Positions 16,075-26,432 of a stretch of 64,000 nucleotides of DNA are shown in pieces. The notes beneath the pieces are model-generated. The model did no database searches. It saw only the letters and a list, made by a program, of their open reading frames with translations, and was not told the DNA's origin. This stretch comes from Myxococcota bacterium (GTDB lineage Bacteria > Myxococcota_A > Polyangia > Nannocystales > Nannocystaceae), in the NCBI GenBank assembly GCA_039028615.1, contig JBCCHT010000010.1, forward strand, positions 1 to 64,000. Reading direction: 5' to 3'. The position numbers and the translations under genes were made by a program. The stretch's first letter is position 1, and every line of letters starts with the position of its first letter.

Positions 16075-17712
16075 TCAGGCCTCGTCCATGAACGGGTAGC
16101 TGAACTTGCGCGGGGGATCGAAGTTCTCCTTGATCGTCCGCGCCGAGATCCAGCGGGTGAGGTTGAGCGCCGATCCGGCCTTGTCGTTGGTGCCCGAAGC
16201 TCGGGTACCACCGAAGGGCTGCTGACCCACGACGGCGCCGGTGGGCTTGTCGTTGATGTAGAAGTTGCCGGCGGCGTGGCGCAGGCGGTTGAGCGCGGTG
16301 TGGGCCGCTCCGCGCTCGCGCGCGAAGATGGCCCCGGTGAGGCCGTAGGGGCTGGTCTCGTCGCAGATCTGCAGCGTGGCCTCGTACTCGTCGGCCGGGT
16401 ACACGTAGATGGTGAGGACGGGGCCGAACAGCTCCTCCTGCATCGTGCGGTACTTGGGATCGTCGGCGACGACGACGGTGGGGCTGATGAAGTAGCCCTT
16501 GGAGTCGTCGTGCTCGCCGCCGAGGACCTCCTTGACCGAGCTGCCGACGTTGCTCTTGGCCTCGTCGATGGCGCCGCTGAGCTTCTTGAAGCTGCGACCG
16601 TCGATCACCGCGCCCATGAAGTTGCGGAAGTCGCTGATGTCGCCCATCTGGATCTGGGCGAGGCCATCGCCGAGCCCGGCCCGCACGCGCGGCCACAGGT
16701 TGTCGGGGATGTAGGCCCGCGAGGCGGCGGAGCACTTTTGGCCCTGGTACTCGAAGGCACCGCGCAGCAGCGCCGCGACCACGGCGGGCGCGTCGGCGCT
16801 GGAGTGGGCGAACAGGAAGTCCTTGCCGCCGGTCTCGCCGACGAGCCGCGGGTACTGGTGGTAGCGGTCGATGTTGGAGCCGACCGTGCGCCACACGCCC
16901 TGGAAGACCTCGGTGCTGCCCGTGAAGTGGATGCCGGCGAGGCGGGAGTCGGCGACGACGGGGTCACCGACCTGCGAGCCCGAGCCGGGCAGGAAGTTGA
17001 TGACGCCCGGAGGAAGGCCGGCCTCCTCGAGCAGCTTCATGATCACCCAACCCGACAGCACGGAGGTCGAGGCGGGCTTCCACAGCACGGTGTTGCCGGC
17101 CAGCGCGGGCGCGGTGGGCAGGTTGCCGGCGATGGAGGTGAAGTTGAAGGGCGAGACGGCGAACACGAAGCCGTCGAGCGGGCGGTACTCCACCCGGTTC
17201 CAGATCCCCGTGGGCGACACCGGCTGGTCCGCCATGATCTCGGTGAGGTACTGGACGTTGAAGGACCAGAAGTCGATGAGCTCGCAGGCGGAGTCGATCT
17301 CTGCCTGGTGCACGGTCTTGGACTGACCGAGCATGGTGGCGGCGTTGAGCCGGTCACGCCACGGACCCCGCAGCAGGGCGGCGGCGCGCAGGAACACGGA
17401 GGCGCGCTCTTCCCAGGGCAGGGCGGCCCAACCGGCGCGCGCCCGTTCGGCGGCATCGATGGCGGTGGCAACATGCTTTCCGCCGGCCTTGTGGAACACG
17501 CCGAGCTGGTGCTGGTGGTTGTGCGGCATCACCATCGGCGAGGTGTCGCCGGTATGCACGGCGTCGCCATCGATGATGGGCGTGGCCTCGACCTGTTCAC
17601 CGCTTTGGCGGGCGAGCTCGGCCTTGAGCGATTCACGCTCGGGCGAGCCGGGCAGGTAGCCGCGAACGGGTTCGTTGACGGGGGTAGGGGCGCGAAACAA
17701 GCCGATCGACAT
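16075..17712 (-). CDS. pruA: Delta-1-pyrroline-5-carboxylate dehydrogenase (545 aa)
   Basis: Start MSIGLFRAPTPVNEP. SPFNFT, FTGST, GETGGKDF, EYQGQKCSA, EELFGP, QQPFGG motifs. Confidence 0.95.
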   Translation of the reverse strand: MSIGLFRAPTPVNEPVRGYLPGSPERESLKAELARQSGEQVEATPIIDGDAVHTGDTSPMVMPHNHQHQLGVFHKAGGKHVATAIDAAERARAGWAALPWEERASVFLRAAALLRGPWRDRLNAATMLGQSKTVHQAEIDSACELIDFWSFNVQYLTEIMADQPVSPTGIWNRVEYRPLDGFVFAVSPFNFTSIAGNLPTAPALAGNTVLWKPASTSVLSGWVIMKLLEEAGLPPGVINFLPGSGSQVGDPVVADSRLAGIHFTGSTEVFQGVWRTVGSNIDRYHQYPRLVGETGGKDFLFAHSSADAPAVVAALLRGAFEYQGQKCSAASRAYIPDNLWPRVRAGLGDGLAQIQMGDISDFRNFMGAVIDGRSFKKLSGAIDEAKSNVGSSVKEVLGGEHDDSKGYFISPTVVVADDPKYRTMQEELFGPVLTIYVYPADEYEATLQICDETSPYGLTGAIFARERGAAHTALNRLRHAAGNFYINDKPTGAVVGQQPFGGTRASGTNDKAGSALNLTRWISARTIKENFDPPRKFSYPFMDEA

Positions 17713-17738
17713 GCGAGCTCTCCGGTGGGTCCCGCGGG

Positions 17739-18374
17739 TCATCGACCGCGAGATTGATCCGACCGTACGGTGCGGCGTCGACCGATCGCAACGGTGAGGC
17801 CGAGCAGGAATAGCCCCGCGAGGGAGCCGGGCGCGTGAGGCTTCTCTACCGCGCAACCGCGTGCACTGGGGGTGGTGGGCGGAGGCTCGGGCGGCGGGTT
17901 GTCGATGCGCGGCGGCTCGGTGGGTGCATCTCCGCCCGAGCCGGGTTCGGGGTCGGGCAGGCCGGGGCGGCGCCCGGGGCCGAACACCTGGAGATCTTCG
18001 GCGGCGGACTGGCTCGTCCGTGTGCGTGAGCACAGCCCGTCGGTCCAGCCGCCGTCGGAGCCGCGGCGCGCGTAGATGACGTAGCGGGTGCCGATGCGAT
18101 AGGTCCGCCCGCACGCGGCCGAGCTCATGGAGGTCGAGATCTCGACGCGAGGTCCGACATCGCCCTTCCACACCTGGTCGACCTCGAAGCGGTAGCGCGC
18201 CCGGACTCCGTTGTTGGTCATGCTGAAGGGGCGCGCCTCGAACACGGCGTCGGCCCGCTCCATGGCTTCGGCGGGCGGCGGCGGCATCATGCACGAACAG
18301 GCGCGGGTCACGCGAGGCGCGAGCCACGAGGTGAAGACCACGGCGAGCACGGCCAGCCAAGAAGCGAAGCGCAT
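17739..18374 (-). CDS. TIMP/NTR-like secreted protein with MYXO-CTERM-like C-terminal anchor (211 aa)
   Basis: Signal peptide then CSCMMPPP..ADAVF, VWKG, SAACG, GLCSRT. Pro linker. GCAV...LFLLGLTVAIGRRR tail. Confidence 0.75.
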   Translation of the reverse strand: MRFASWLAVLAVVFTSWLAPRVTRACSCMMPPPPAEAMERADAVFEARPFSMTNNGVRARYRFEVDQVWKGDVGPRVEISTSMSSAACGRTYRIGTRYVIYARRGSDGGWTDGLCSRTRTSQSAAEDLQVFGPGRRPGLPDPEPGSGGDAPTEPPRIDNPPPEPPPTTPSARGCAVEKPHAPGSLAGLFLLGLTVAIGRRRTVRSDQSRGR

Positions 18375-18534
18375 GTCGCGAGGGTACCGCGTCACTCGGG
18401 GGGCGGCCGCCCCTTTGCCAAAGCGAGACATCTGGCCTACACACGGCCGCGACGCGAGGGTCGACGATTGCCCAATAGCCCATGAGGGGCCGGCGATGTC
18501 ACTTCACCCCGCGTGATCGAGGAGGCGAAACGCG

Positions 18535-20145
<1,611 letters not shown>

Positions 20146-20162
20146 GTCGTTTTCGCGCGCGC

Positions 20163-20203
20163 CGAGGCCCGCGGTTCCGACGATGGTCGGAGCGCGGGCC
20201 TCG
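20163..20203. terminator. GC-rich hairpin between convergent genes
   Basis: CGAGGCCCGCG-G-TTCCGAC-GATG-GTCGGAG-CGCGGGCCTCG. Confidence 0.55.
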
Positions 20204-20222
20204 TGTCGTTGGGGGTCGGCCC

Positions 20223-20531
20223 TCAGTGCTTGGGCTCGACCGTCTCGAGGATGTGAGGAGGGCCCGAGCGCCCCTGCGTGGCCATGCGGGCCTTGCCCGT
20301 GGCGTCGGTGGCCATCAGGTGCACGGGCGCGAGGAAGCCGTCGTCGGGCAGGTCGCCCGTGACGTGCTCTTGCTCGACCGTGCCGCGCGTGGAGCCCAGC
20401 GGCGCCTGGGCGAAGCGGGTGAAGAGCACGGCGCCGTTGTGGCCGACCGAGGCGATGGTCACCGGGAGTCGAAACCCATGCGCTTTGATGAGCTCGCGGA
20501 GCAGGGTGGTGAGGACGGCTTCGATGTCCAT
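20223..20531 (-). CDS. Hypothetical protein (~102 aa)
   Basis: MDIEAVLTTLLRELI... fills the gap between ABC-F and the exonuclease. Confidence 0.55.
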   Translation of the reverse strand: MDIEAVLTTLLRELIKAHGFRLPVTIASVGHNGAVLFTRFAQAPLGSTRGTVEQEHVTGDLPDDGFLAPVHLMATDATGKARMATQGRSGPPHILETVEPKH

Positions 20532-20599
20532 CGCCCGCATGATGGCGCGCTCGTGGGCGCCCGCCAACCCGGAGCGCCAGTCGTGGCACGATGGGCGGC

Positions 20600-21574
20600 A
20601 TGTCGGAGCGAGCCTGGCTCGAGGTGCCCCTGACCGAGTTGCCCTTCGTCGTGCTCGACCTCGAGGCGACCGGGCTCGACTCGCATCGCGACGGGATCAT
20701 CGAGATCGCGGTGGTCGAGGCGGTGCCCGGGAAGGAGCCGGAAGTGGTGTTCGACTCGCTGGTCGATCCGCAGCGGGCGATGGCGGGGACGGAGATCCAC
20801 GGGCTCACCAACTGGGACGTGGCGGGGGCGCCTCGCTTCGAGGCGCTGGCGCCCGGCCTGCTCGGGACGCTGGCCGGTCGCTTGCTGGTGGCCCACAACG
20901 CGGACCTGGATCTGCGGCTTTTGGGAGCCGCCCTCGCGAGCACGGGGCGGCTGCGCGGGGTGCCGGGGCACCTGTGCACGCTGCGGTTGGCTCGAGAACT
21001 GGGGCACGCGGGGAGCTATGAGCTCGGTGCCCTCTGCGAGGACATGGGCGTGCCGTACCAAGGGGCTCACGCGGCGCGCAACGACGCCCTGGCCACGGCG
21101 CGGCTGCTTCGTCGCCTGCTCGAGGGGCTGTCGCGCGTGGGGCTGGGCTCGCTGGCGGCAGTTCGCGATCACCTGCGAGGGCAGGGCGCGGGCGCTTCGC
21201 TGGGCTCGGTCGAGCACGAGGCGTGGCCGGCCGAGGACGACGCGGAGACCGAGTCTCCCGAGCTCCGCCCGCGCCGCGGCGTGGGGGCGCACTACCAAGG
21301 CCACCTCTCCCTTCGACGCTATCGAGACGAAGTGCTCGGGGCGGTGCACGACCTGGGGATCACGCCGCAGGAGCTGGAGCGCATTCGGACGCTGCGGGAG
21401 TCTCTCGACTTGTCCGAGGGGCAGGTGCACGCGATGCATGCCCGGGTGTTCTCCGAGTACATCGGGCGCTTCATCGACGACGACTTGCTCGACGACGACG
21501 AGGTCGATGGCCTGCATCGCCTGAGTGACTGCCTGCGTACGCTCGGCTGGACGCCCGGCGACGCGAAGCCCTGA
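20600..21574 (+). CDS. DEDDh 3'-5' exonuclease (DnaQ-like) with helical C-terminal extension
   Basis: VVLDLEATG, VAHNADLD, HAARNDA motifs. Confidence 0.9.
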   Translation: MSERAWLEVPLTELPFVVLDLEATGLDSHRDGIIEIAVVEAVPGKEPEVVFDSLVDPQRAMAGTEIHGLTNWDVAGAPRFEALAPGLLGTLAGRLLVAHNADLDLRLLGAALASTGRLRGVPGHLCTLRLARELGHAGSYELGALCEDMGVPYQGAHAARNDALATARLLRRLLEGLSRVGLGSLAAVRDHLRGQGAGASLGSVEHEAWPAEDDAETESPELRPRRGVGAHYQGHLSLRRYRDEVLGAVHDLGITPQELERIRTLRESLDLSEGQVHAMHARVFSEYIGRFIDDDLLDDDEVDGLHRLSDCLRTLGWTPGDAKP

Positions 21575-21581
21575 GCCCGGA

Positions 21582-22577
21582 TCAGTACGGGATGTCTTTG
21601 TTGCGCACGCGGAAGATCAGAAACTCGTGCGTCGGGTTGTCATCGCCGCCGGGGTGAAGGAACGGTGACTGCGTGGGCCAGCTGATGTTCTCCGGGTCCC
21701 AGTTGAACCACATCCACTGCGTCTCCGGGGGCAGGACATCGGCGCACCGCAGCGGGAACTCGTTGCCCGGCTGCGGCTCGACGTCGAGCGGGGTGTCGTT
21801 GAGCTCGCCCGCTGCCATCGCGCCGTACTCCGTGCCCTCCTGATCCACCCATCCGTGGCTGGTGGTCTGCGGGTCGGAGGTCTGCAGGTTGCACTGCTCG
21901 ATCTGGGCCTCGATGAGCGCGAGGTTCGGGGGGTCGTCTCCGGGGTCGTAGTCCAGGCCCGTCGCGCAGACCTCCCAGGCCGGGTCTCCGGTCAGCAGCG
22001 GGTCCGGGCTCCACAGCGGCGGTACCGGTCCATAGAATCCGCCGACGCGCTCGAGCAGGCCGAGCACGCCCTGAGGACCCTGTGCGTCCGCGTATGCGAC
22101 GAGATAGATGTACTCCGTCCAGCCCGGGATGAGCACGGAGGTCATCCCGGCGGGGCACTGGTCGTCGACCAGCGGGCCCTCCCAGTGGTCGAGGATTCCC
22201 ACGAGCGAATCGGCGCTGCCGTAGGCCAGCAGGTACTCGCCCTCGGCCACGAGCCAGGCCCCGATGTCTGGAGGAGAGTTGCTCGGAGCATCGGGCACGT
22301 TGCCGATGTCGAAGTGCGGAGGCTCGACGGGATCGGTGTCACCCGCTCCGCCGTCGGACGTGTCCCCGCCCATGCCCGTCGTGGTCGTCGCCGGGGTGTT
22401 GCTGCCGCTGGTGCTCGCCGGCGATGAGCCGGACGTCGGCGGCGTTGCAGGCGACCCTTCGGTCGTCCCCGAGCCGCCGCCCGATTCCGCACTGCCGCTG
22501 AGGTCGGTGATCGTGTGATCGACACACGCCCCCCCGAGAACGAGGCAAAGCCCCGCCATCCACCTTCCGATCTGCAT
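21582..22577 (-). CDS. Hypothetical lipoprotein with Ser/Thr/Gly linker
   Basis: Lipobox LGGAC, S/T/G-rich linker, FDIG motif, then a globular domain. Confidence 0.75.
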   Translation of the reverse strand: MQIGRWMAGLCLVLGGACVDHTITDLSGSAESGGGSGTTEGSPATPPTSGSSPASTSGSNTPATTTTGMGGDTSDGGAGDTDPVEPPHFDIGNVPDAPSNSPPDIGAWLVAEGEYLLAYGSADSLVGILDHWEGPLVDDQCPAGMTSVLIPGWTEYIYLVAYADAQGPQGVLGLLERVGGFYGPVPPLWSPDPLLTGDPAWEVCATGLDYDPGDDPPNLALIEAQIEQCNLQTSDPQTTSHGWVDQEGTEYGAMAAGELNDTPLDVEPQPGNEFPLRCADVLPPETQWMWFNWDPENISWPTQSPFLHPGGDDNPTHEFLIFRVRNKDIPY

Positions 22578-22632
22578 CGTCGAGTGAATGGCCCGCGTGG
22601 GGGCTTCCTTCAAACTTCTTTTGGGATGAGTT

Positions 22633-23568
22633 TCAGTCCGGTTTCAGGCCGAACGGACCGACCGTGCCGGAACGCAGCGTCTTGGCCACGTCGGCCCAAG
22701 TCGACTCGGGAGCCGGTTTGGTCCCGCCGTCTTCCAGGGTCACCGACACGGCGACGGAGGTTCCGGCGGGCGGGTTATCGAGGAACGTCCAGTACGCCAC
22801 CGTCATCTGATCGTCGACCCAACTCGGGCACCCACACTCTCGCAGTGCTTTGGCCATGGCTTCGGCGTAGGTCGTGCAGCGCGTGGTGACGGGCCCGCGG
22901 ACCATGGCCATGTGGGCATCGTGGATGGCACGGCATTCCTTGCTGAAGGCGAGCGTGTCGTCGAGGGTCTTGTGTGCGGCGGCCGAGACCTCGGGTTCCG
23001 TGTCCAGACTGACGAGGGTCTCGGTCAGCTCGCGAAGCTTTTTGTAGAGCGCCGGATTGCGGGGCGCGAGGGGAGCCTCTTCGTAGGGGGCGAGGAACAC
23101 CAGCTCGCCCGAGCGAGCACCGCGAGCGGCGAGCGACTCGAGCACCATCGCCACATCACTCGCGGGGGTCTGCGGAGCGATCGACAGCGACCAGCGACGG
23201 TTGTCGCTGCCCAGCGCCTTGGACCATGCGTCTTCGAGCTCGAAGGGCAGGTCCCAGCGCCGGCCATCGCTCGACGTGGTCAGCCGAAGCGGCTCGAGGC
23301 CCACCGCCACCGCATCGGTGGGCGCCGTCGTCTTCACCCCGCGGGGCACGGACGCGACGGGATGCCACGGCACGTCCTTGGTCAGATCGCAGATCGCATC
23401 CAGCTCGGCGCGATGCTCCTTCGTGTACCCGTCGTCGCAAGGGGTCGTCGACGTCGACGTGTTGCAGCCGAGGGTGAGCAGCGTGACCGCGGCGGCGGCG
23501 AGGAACCGTCGGCGGGATGAAGCGGCAGGACGAAGGCGAGGGCGAACGGGAACGTCGGGACGGCTCAT
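22633..23568 (-). CDS. Hypothetical lipoprotein (Tat-like SRRRFL signal)
   Basis: SRRRFLAAAAVTLLTLGC. Confidence 0.7.
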   Translation of the reverse strand: MSRPDVPVRPRLRPAASSRRRFLAAAAVTLLTLGCNTSTSTTPCDDGYTKEHRAELDAICDLTKDVPWHPVASVPRGVKTTAPTDAVAVGLEPLRLTTSSDGRRWDLPFELEDAWSKALGSDNRRWSLSIAPQTPASDVAMVLESLAARGARSGELVFLAPYEEAPLAPRNPALYKKLRELTETLVSLDTEPEVSAAAHKTLDDTLAFSKECRAIHDAHMAMVRGPVTTRCTTYAEAMAKALRECGCPSWVDDQMTVAYWTFLDNPPAGTSVAVSVTLEDGGTKPAPESTWADVAKTLRSGTVGPFGLKPD

Positions 23569-23658
23569 GGGTTGCGGGTCTATGCAGACGCTACCGCAGC
23601 CGCCGAACCGTGCTTCCCGCGTGGCTCCAGGCGAGTCTCGATTTTTTCGCGGCCGCGA

Positions 23659-24627
23659 TCAGTCGAGCACCGAGGGCAGACCCCCCGGCTTGGCGATCTT
23701 CACCGGTTGCTTCGCGTCGGGCCGGACCGAGTGATCGGTCGTCGGAGGATTGGGCGTGTCGGCCAGCGGAGGCTCGGGTGTGGGCTCGGGCCGATACACG
23801 TCGGGCGAGGGCGCCAACGGATTCACGACCTCGGGTTTGGGCTCGGGCTCGGGCTCGGGCTTCGGTGCCACGCGAGGCTCGGGATCGGGCTCGAGCTGGG
23901 GTTTCTGCGCGGCGCCCGGAGGCGAGGGCACCTCGGGGCGACGCTCCACGGGGGCCGCGGCGATCATCGTGCGGTCCTCCTCGAGCTGCGTGTTCGGGTC
24001 GCGCAGGGCGATGAAGCGCAGGCGGGCGTGCTGTACGTGCTCGACGTAGCGAATGCTCCGGGGCGGCAGCTCGCCGTCTTCCCGCATCCACTTGCTCACG
24101 TTGCCTCCGCCCGCGTTGTAGGCCGCGAGCGCCAAGGTCTCGTCGCCGTCGTAGCGATCGAGCATCTTCAGTAGATAGAGGCTGCCCGCCTCGATGTTGA
24201 ACTCGGGATCGTAGACGCGGGCAACCGAGCGGCCCATCTGTCGCGCCATCGCGTTGGCGGTGGCCGGCATCAGCTGCATGAGGCCGCGAGCGCCCGCTGG
24301 GCTCTTGGCGCGGGTCTGGAATCGGCTCTCCACCCAGATGACCCCGTTGATGAGATCGGGGTCGAGCTCGTACTTGGTGGCGATCTGCTCGACCCAGGGC
24401 TGCACGGTGGCGATGCGGTCTCGGTCGGTCTGGCGGAAGGGCTCCACGCCTTCCAGATCCGGCAGCGGCTCCATGTTCGTGCGGGCGCTGGGCGCGGGCA
24501 GGACGGGATCCTTTTTGCCGGGGGCTCCGGGTCCATTGGACGACCACTGGAACTGCGCACAGCCCGCCATAAGCGACAAGGCACAGGCGAGCACGCCGCC
24601 ACGGGAACCTCGGATCGACCGAACCAT
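23659..24627 (-). CDS. SLT-domain lytic transglycosylase lipoprotein with Pro/Glu-rich tail
   Basis: Start MVRSIRG, lipobox MAGC. VESRF, GARGLMQLMP, ALAAYNAG motifs. Confidence 0.92.
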   Translation of the reverse strand: MVRSIRGSRGGVLACALSLMAGCAQFQWSSNGPGAPGKKDPVLPAPSARTNMEPLPDLEGVEPFRQTDRDRIATVQPWVEQIATKYELDPDLINGVIWVESRFQTRAKSPAGARGLMQLMPATANAMARQMGRSVARVYDPEFNIEAGSLYLLKMLDRYDGDETLALAAYNAGGGNVSKWMREDGELPPRSIRYVEHVQHARLRFIALRDPNTQLEEDRTMIAAAPVERRPEVPSPPGAAQKPQLEPDPEPRVAPKPEPEPEPKPEVVNPLAPSPDVYRPEPTPEPPLADTPNPPTTDHSVRPDAKQPVKIAKPGGLPSVLD

Positions 24628-24837
24628 GGCTCGACCTTTACAGAAGGGTGCGCACCGGCCGAAGTTTTCGTCGAACTCGACTGCGGAATCGGCGCCGGGT
24701 GCGAAAAAGCGTGATGGCTCCCCGGTCCAGTCGTGCGACAGGAGGCCACGGCAGGCCTTAGGACCGGTTAGGATGTACCAAACCGGTGCTGCGGTCCCCA
24801 CGGTGGGCGGCTGCCGTACTCGTTTTGGAGTCCCGCG

Positions 24838-26388
24838 ATGTCCCTTCGCTCGGCTGCTGCTTTCTCGCTTCCGATCCTGCTCGCTCTCGTTCCGACCACG
24901 ACCCACGCCGAGGGTCCCTCGCCGGGTTACCACCCGTGGGCCAATGACCACGCGGGGCCGATGGAGCTCGAGGTCTCCGAGCTGCGCGCCCACCCCGAGC
25001 GCTATCGCAGCGGTCCGGTGCAGCAGCCCGCCGACGTGACCGACCTCGATTCCTTCCAGGCGGCGCCGGGGGAAGAGACCGTGCCGGACTTGTCCAAGAA
25101 GGGCGAGACCCCGCAGGGCTGGGTGCAGCGAGGCAGCGTGGTGTTGCCGACCCCGGTCGCCAACGGTGACCTCGAGGTCGACCCCGATGTCGCTCGCGGC
25201 ATGCAGGTGGTGCCCGGCAACGAGTACCCGCGCAAGCACACCCTGTACATCAACTTCGGCGGCATCATGCTCTATTCGGGAGCAGACAACTCGGCCGAAG
25301 ACCGCTCTACGCTGGCGCGACAGGCCGTGTATCCCGTCTACGAGGGCGGTGAGCAGCGGGCGCTGTCCATCATCCAGAACGTTCAGGAGGACGTCGCCAA
25401 CTACGGCATCAACGTCGTCTACCTCGAGCGGCCGAACAAGACGGTGCCCTACACCATGGAGATGGTGGGCGGCAGCTGGACCGACACCAACATCGACTCG
25501 CCCGCGGGCGGCGTGGCTCCGGGTGCCGACTGTGGTGCGCTCGGTCAGCGGCACGTCGTCTACACCTTCGCGTCGGGTGGCACCTCGGCCACGCAGGCCG
25601 CCAACACGGCGAGCCAAGAGGCGGGCCACGCTTGGGGCCTGGACCACACCTTCAATTGTGGTTCGGTCATGTCCTACTGCGGCTCGGCCAACGGCGTGTT
25701 CTCGACCACCTGCGACGGGCTGTGCGAGACGCAGTGCCAGGGGCCGAACAGCGCCGGCTGCCGGCTCACCCACGAGGATTTCTGCGGGGTCGACAACGAC
25801 CAGCAGAACGAGGACGCGGAGCTGACCTGGATCTTCGGCGGCAACGAGCCCGACATGGAGCCGCCCACCGTGGAGATCATCTCGCCGGAGGACGGAGCCG
25901 AGCTCGAGGTCGGCGCGGACATCGATATCCGCAGCCTGATCTCGGACAACTACGGCGGATACGGTTGGTACTACTACATCACCAACAACGGTGAGGTGAT
26001 CCTCGACGCCGTCGACTACGACCGCCAGGTCGACAACGACTACCGCCCCGCGCTGAACCTCGGCGGGCTCACCGAAGGCGAGTGGGTCATCACCGTGGGT
26101 GCCGAAGACCACTTCGGCCACATCACCGAGGACACGGTCACCCTGTTCGTGGGCGTGCCCAACGACTCCGGTCTCGACGACACGGCCGGTGAAGATGGCA
26201 TCGACAGTGAGGGCGATGACGCGAATGACACCGACGACGTCGTGGGCACGGGCGAGACGCTGCCCGCGAGCGACGATGACGGCGGAGCGGGCCGCGGCTG
26301 TGCCTGCACGGCCTCTTCTTCGGTACCCTCGGGCGGCCTGGTCGGCTTCGTGTTCCTCGGCCTGTTGGGTCTTCGTCGCCGCCGCTGA
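24838..26388 (+). CDS. Metzincin-like (QExxHxxGxxH) surface protein with Ig-like domain and MYXO-CTERM-like anchor, paralog 1
   Basis: Signal peptide, QEAGHAWGLDH, Met-turn SVMSY, PTVEIISPEDG, GCAC...LLGLRRRR. Confidence 0.85.
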   Translation: MSLRSAAAFSLPILLALVPTTTHAEGPSPGYHPWANDHAGPMELEVSELRAHPERYRSGPVQQPADVTDLDSFQAAPGEETVPDLSKKGETPQGWVQRGSVVLPTPVANGDLEVDPDVARGMQVVPGNEYPRKHTLYINFGGIMLYSGADNSAEDRSTLARQAVYPVYEGGEQRALSIIQNVQEDVANYGINVVYLERPNKTVPYTMEMVGGSWTDTNIDSPAGGVAPGADCGALGQRHVVYTFASGGTSATQAANTASQEAGHAWGLDHTFNCGSVMSYCGSANGVFSTTCDGLCETQCQGPNSAGCRLTHEDFCGVDNDQQNEDAELTWIFGGNEPDMEPPTVEIISPEDGAELEVGADIDIRSLISDNYGGYGWYYYITNNGEVILDAVDYDRQVDNDYRPALNLGGLTEGEWVITVGAEDHFGHITEDTVTLFVGVPNDSGLDDTAGEDGIDSEGDDANDTDDVVGTGETLPASDDDGGAGRGCACTASSSVPSGGLVGFVFLGLLGLRRRR

Positions 26389-26432
26389 ATGACAGGCCGG
26401 ACTCCGGCCATCGATCACAACGCGAGAATCTC

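Noticed and set aside
16075..18483. 802-aa ORF as a PutA-like fusion
   Set aside because: The N-terminal 257 aa are an alternate frame over the TIMP-like gene, with no proline dehydrogenase motifs. The real start is 17712.
23659..26418. 919-aa ORF as one protein
   Set aside because: Only the last ~322 aa (from 24627) are the SLT lipoprotein. The rest is antisense to 24838..26388.
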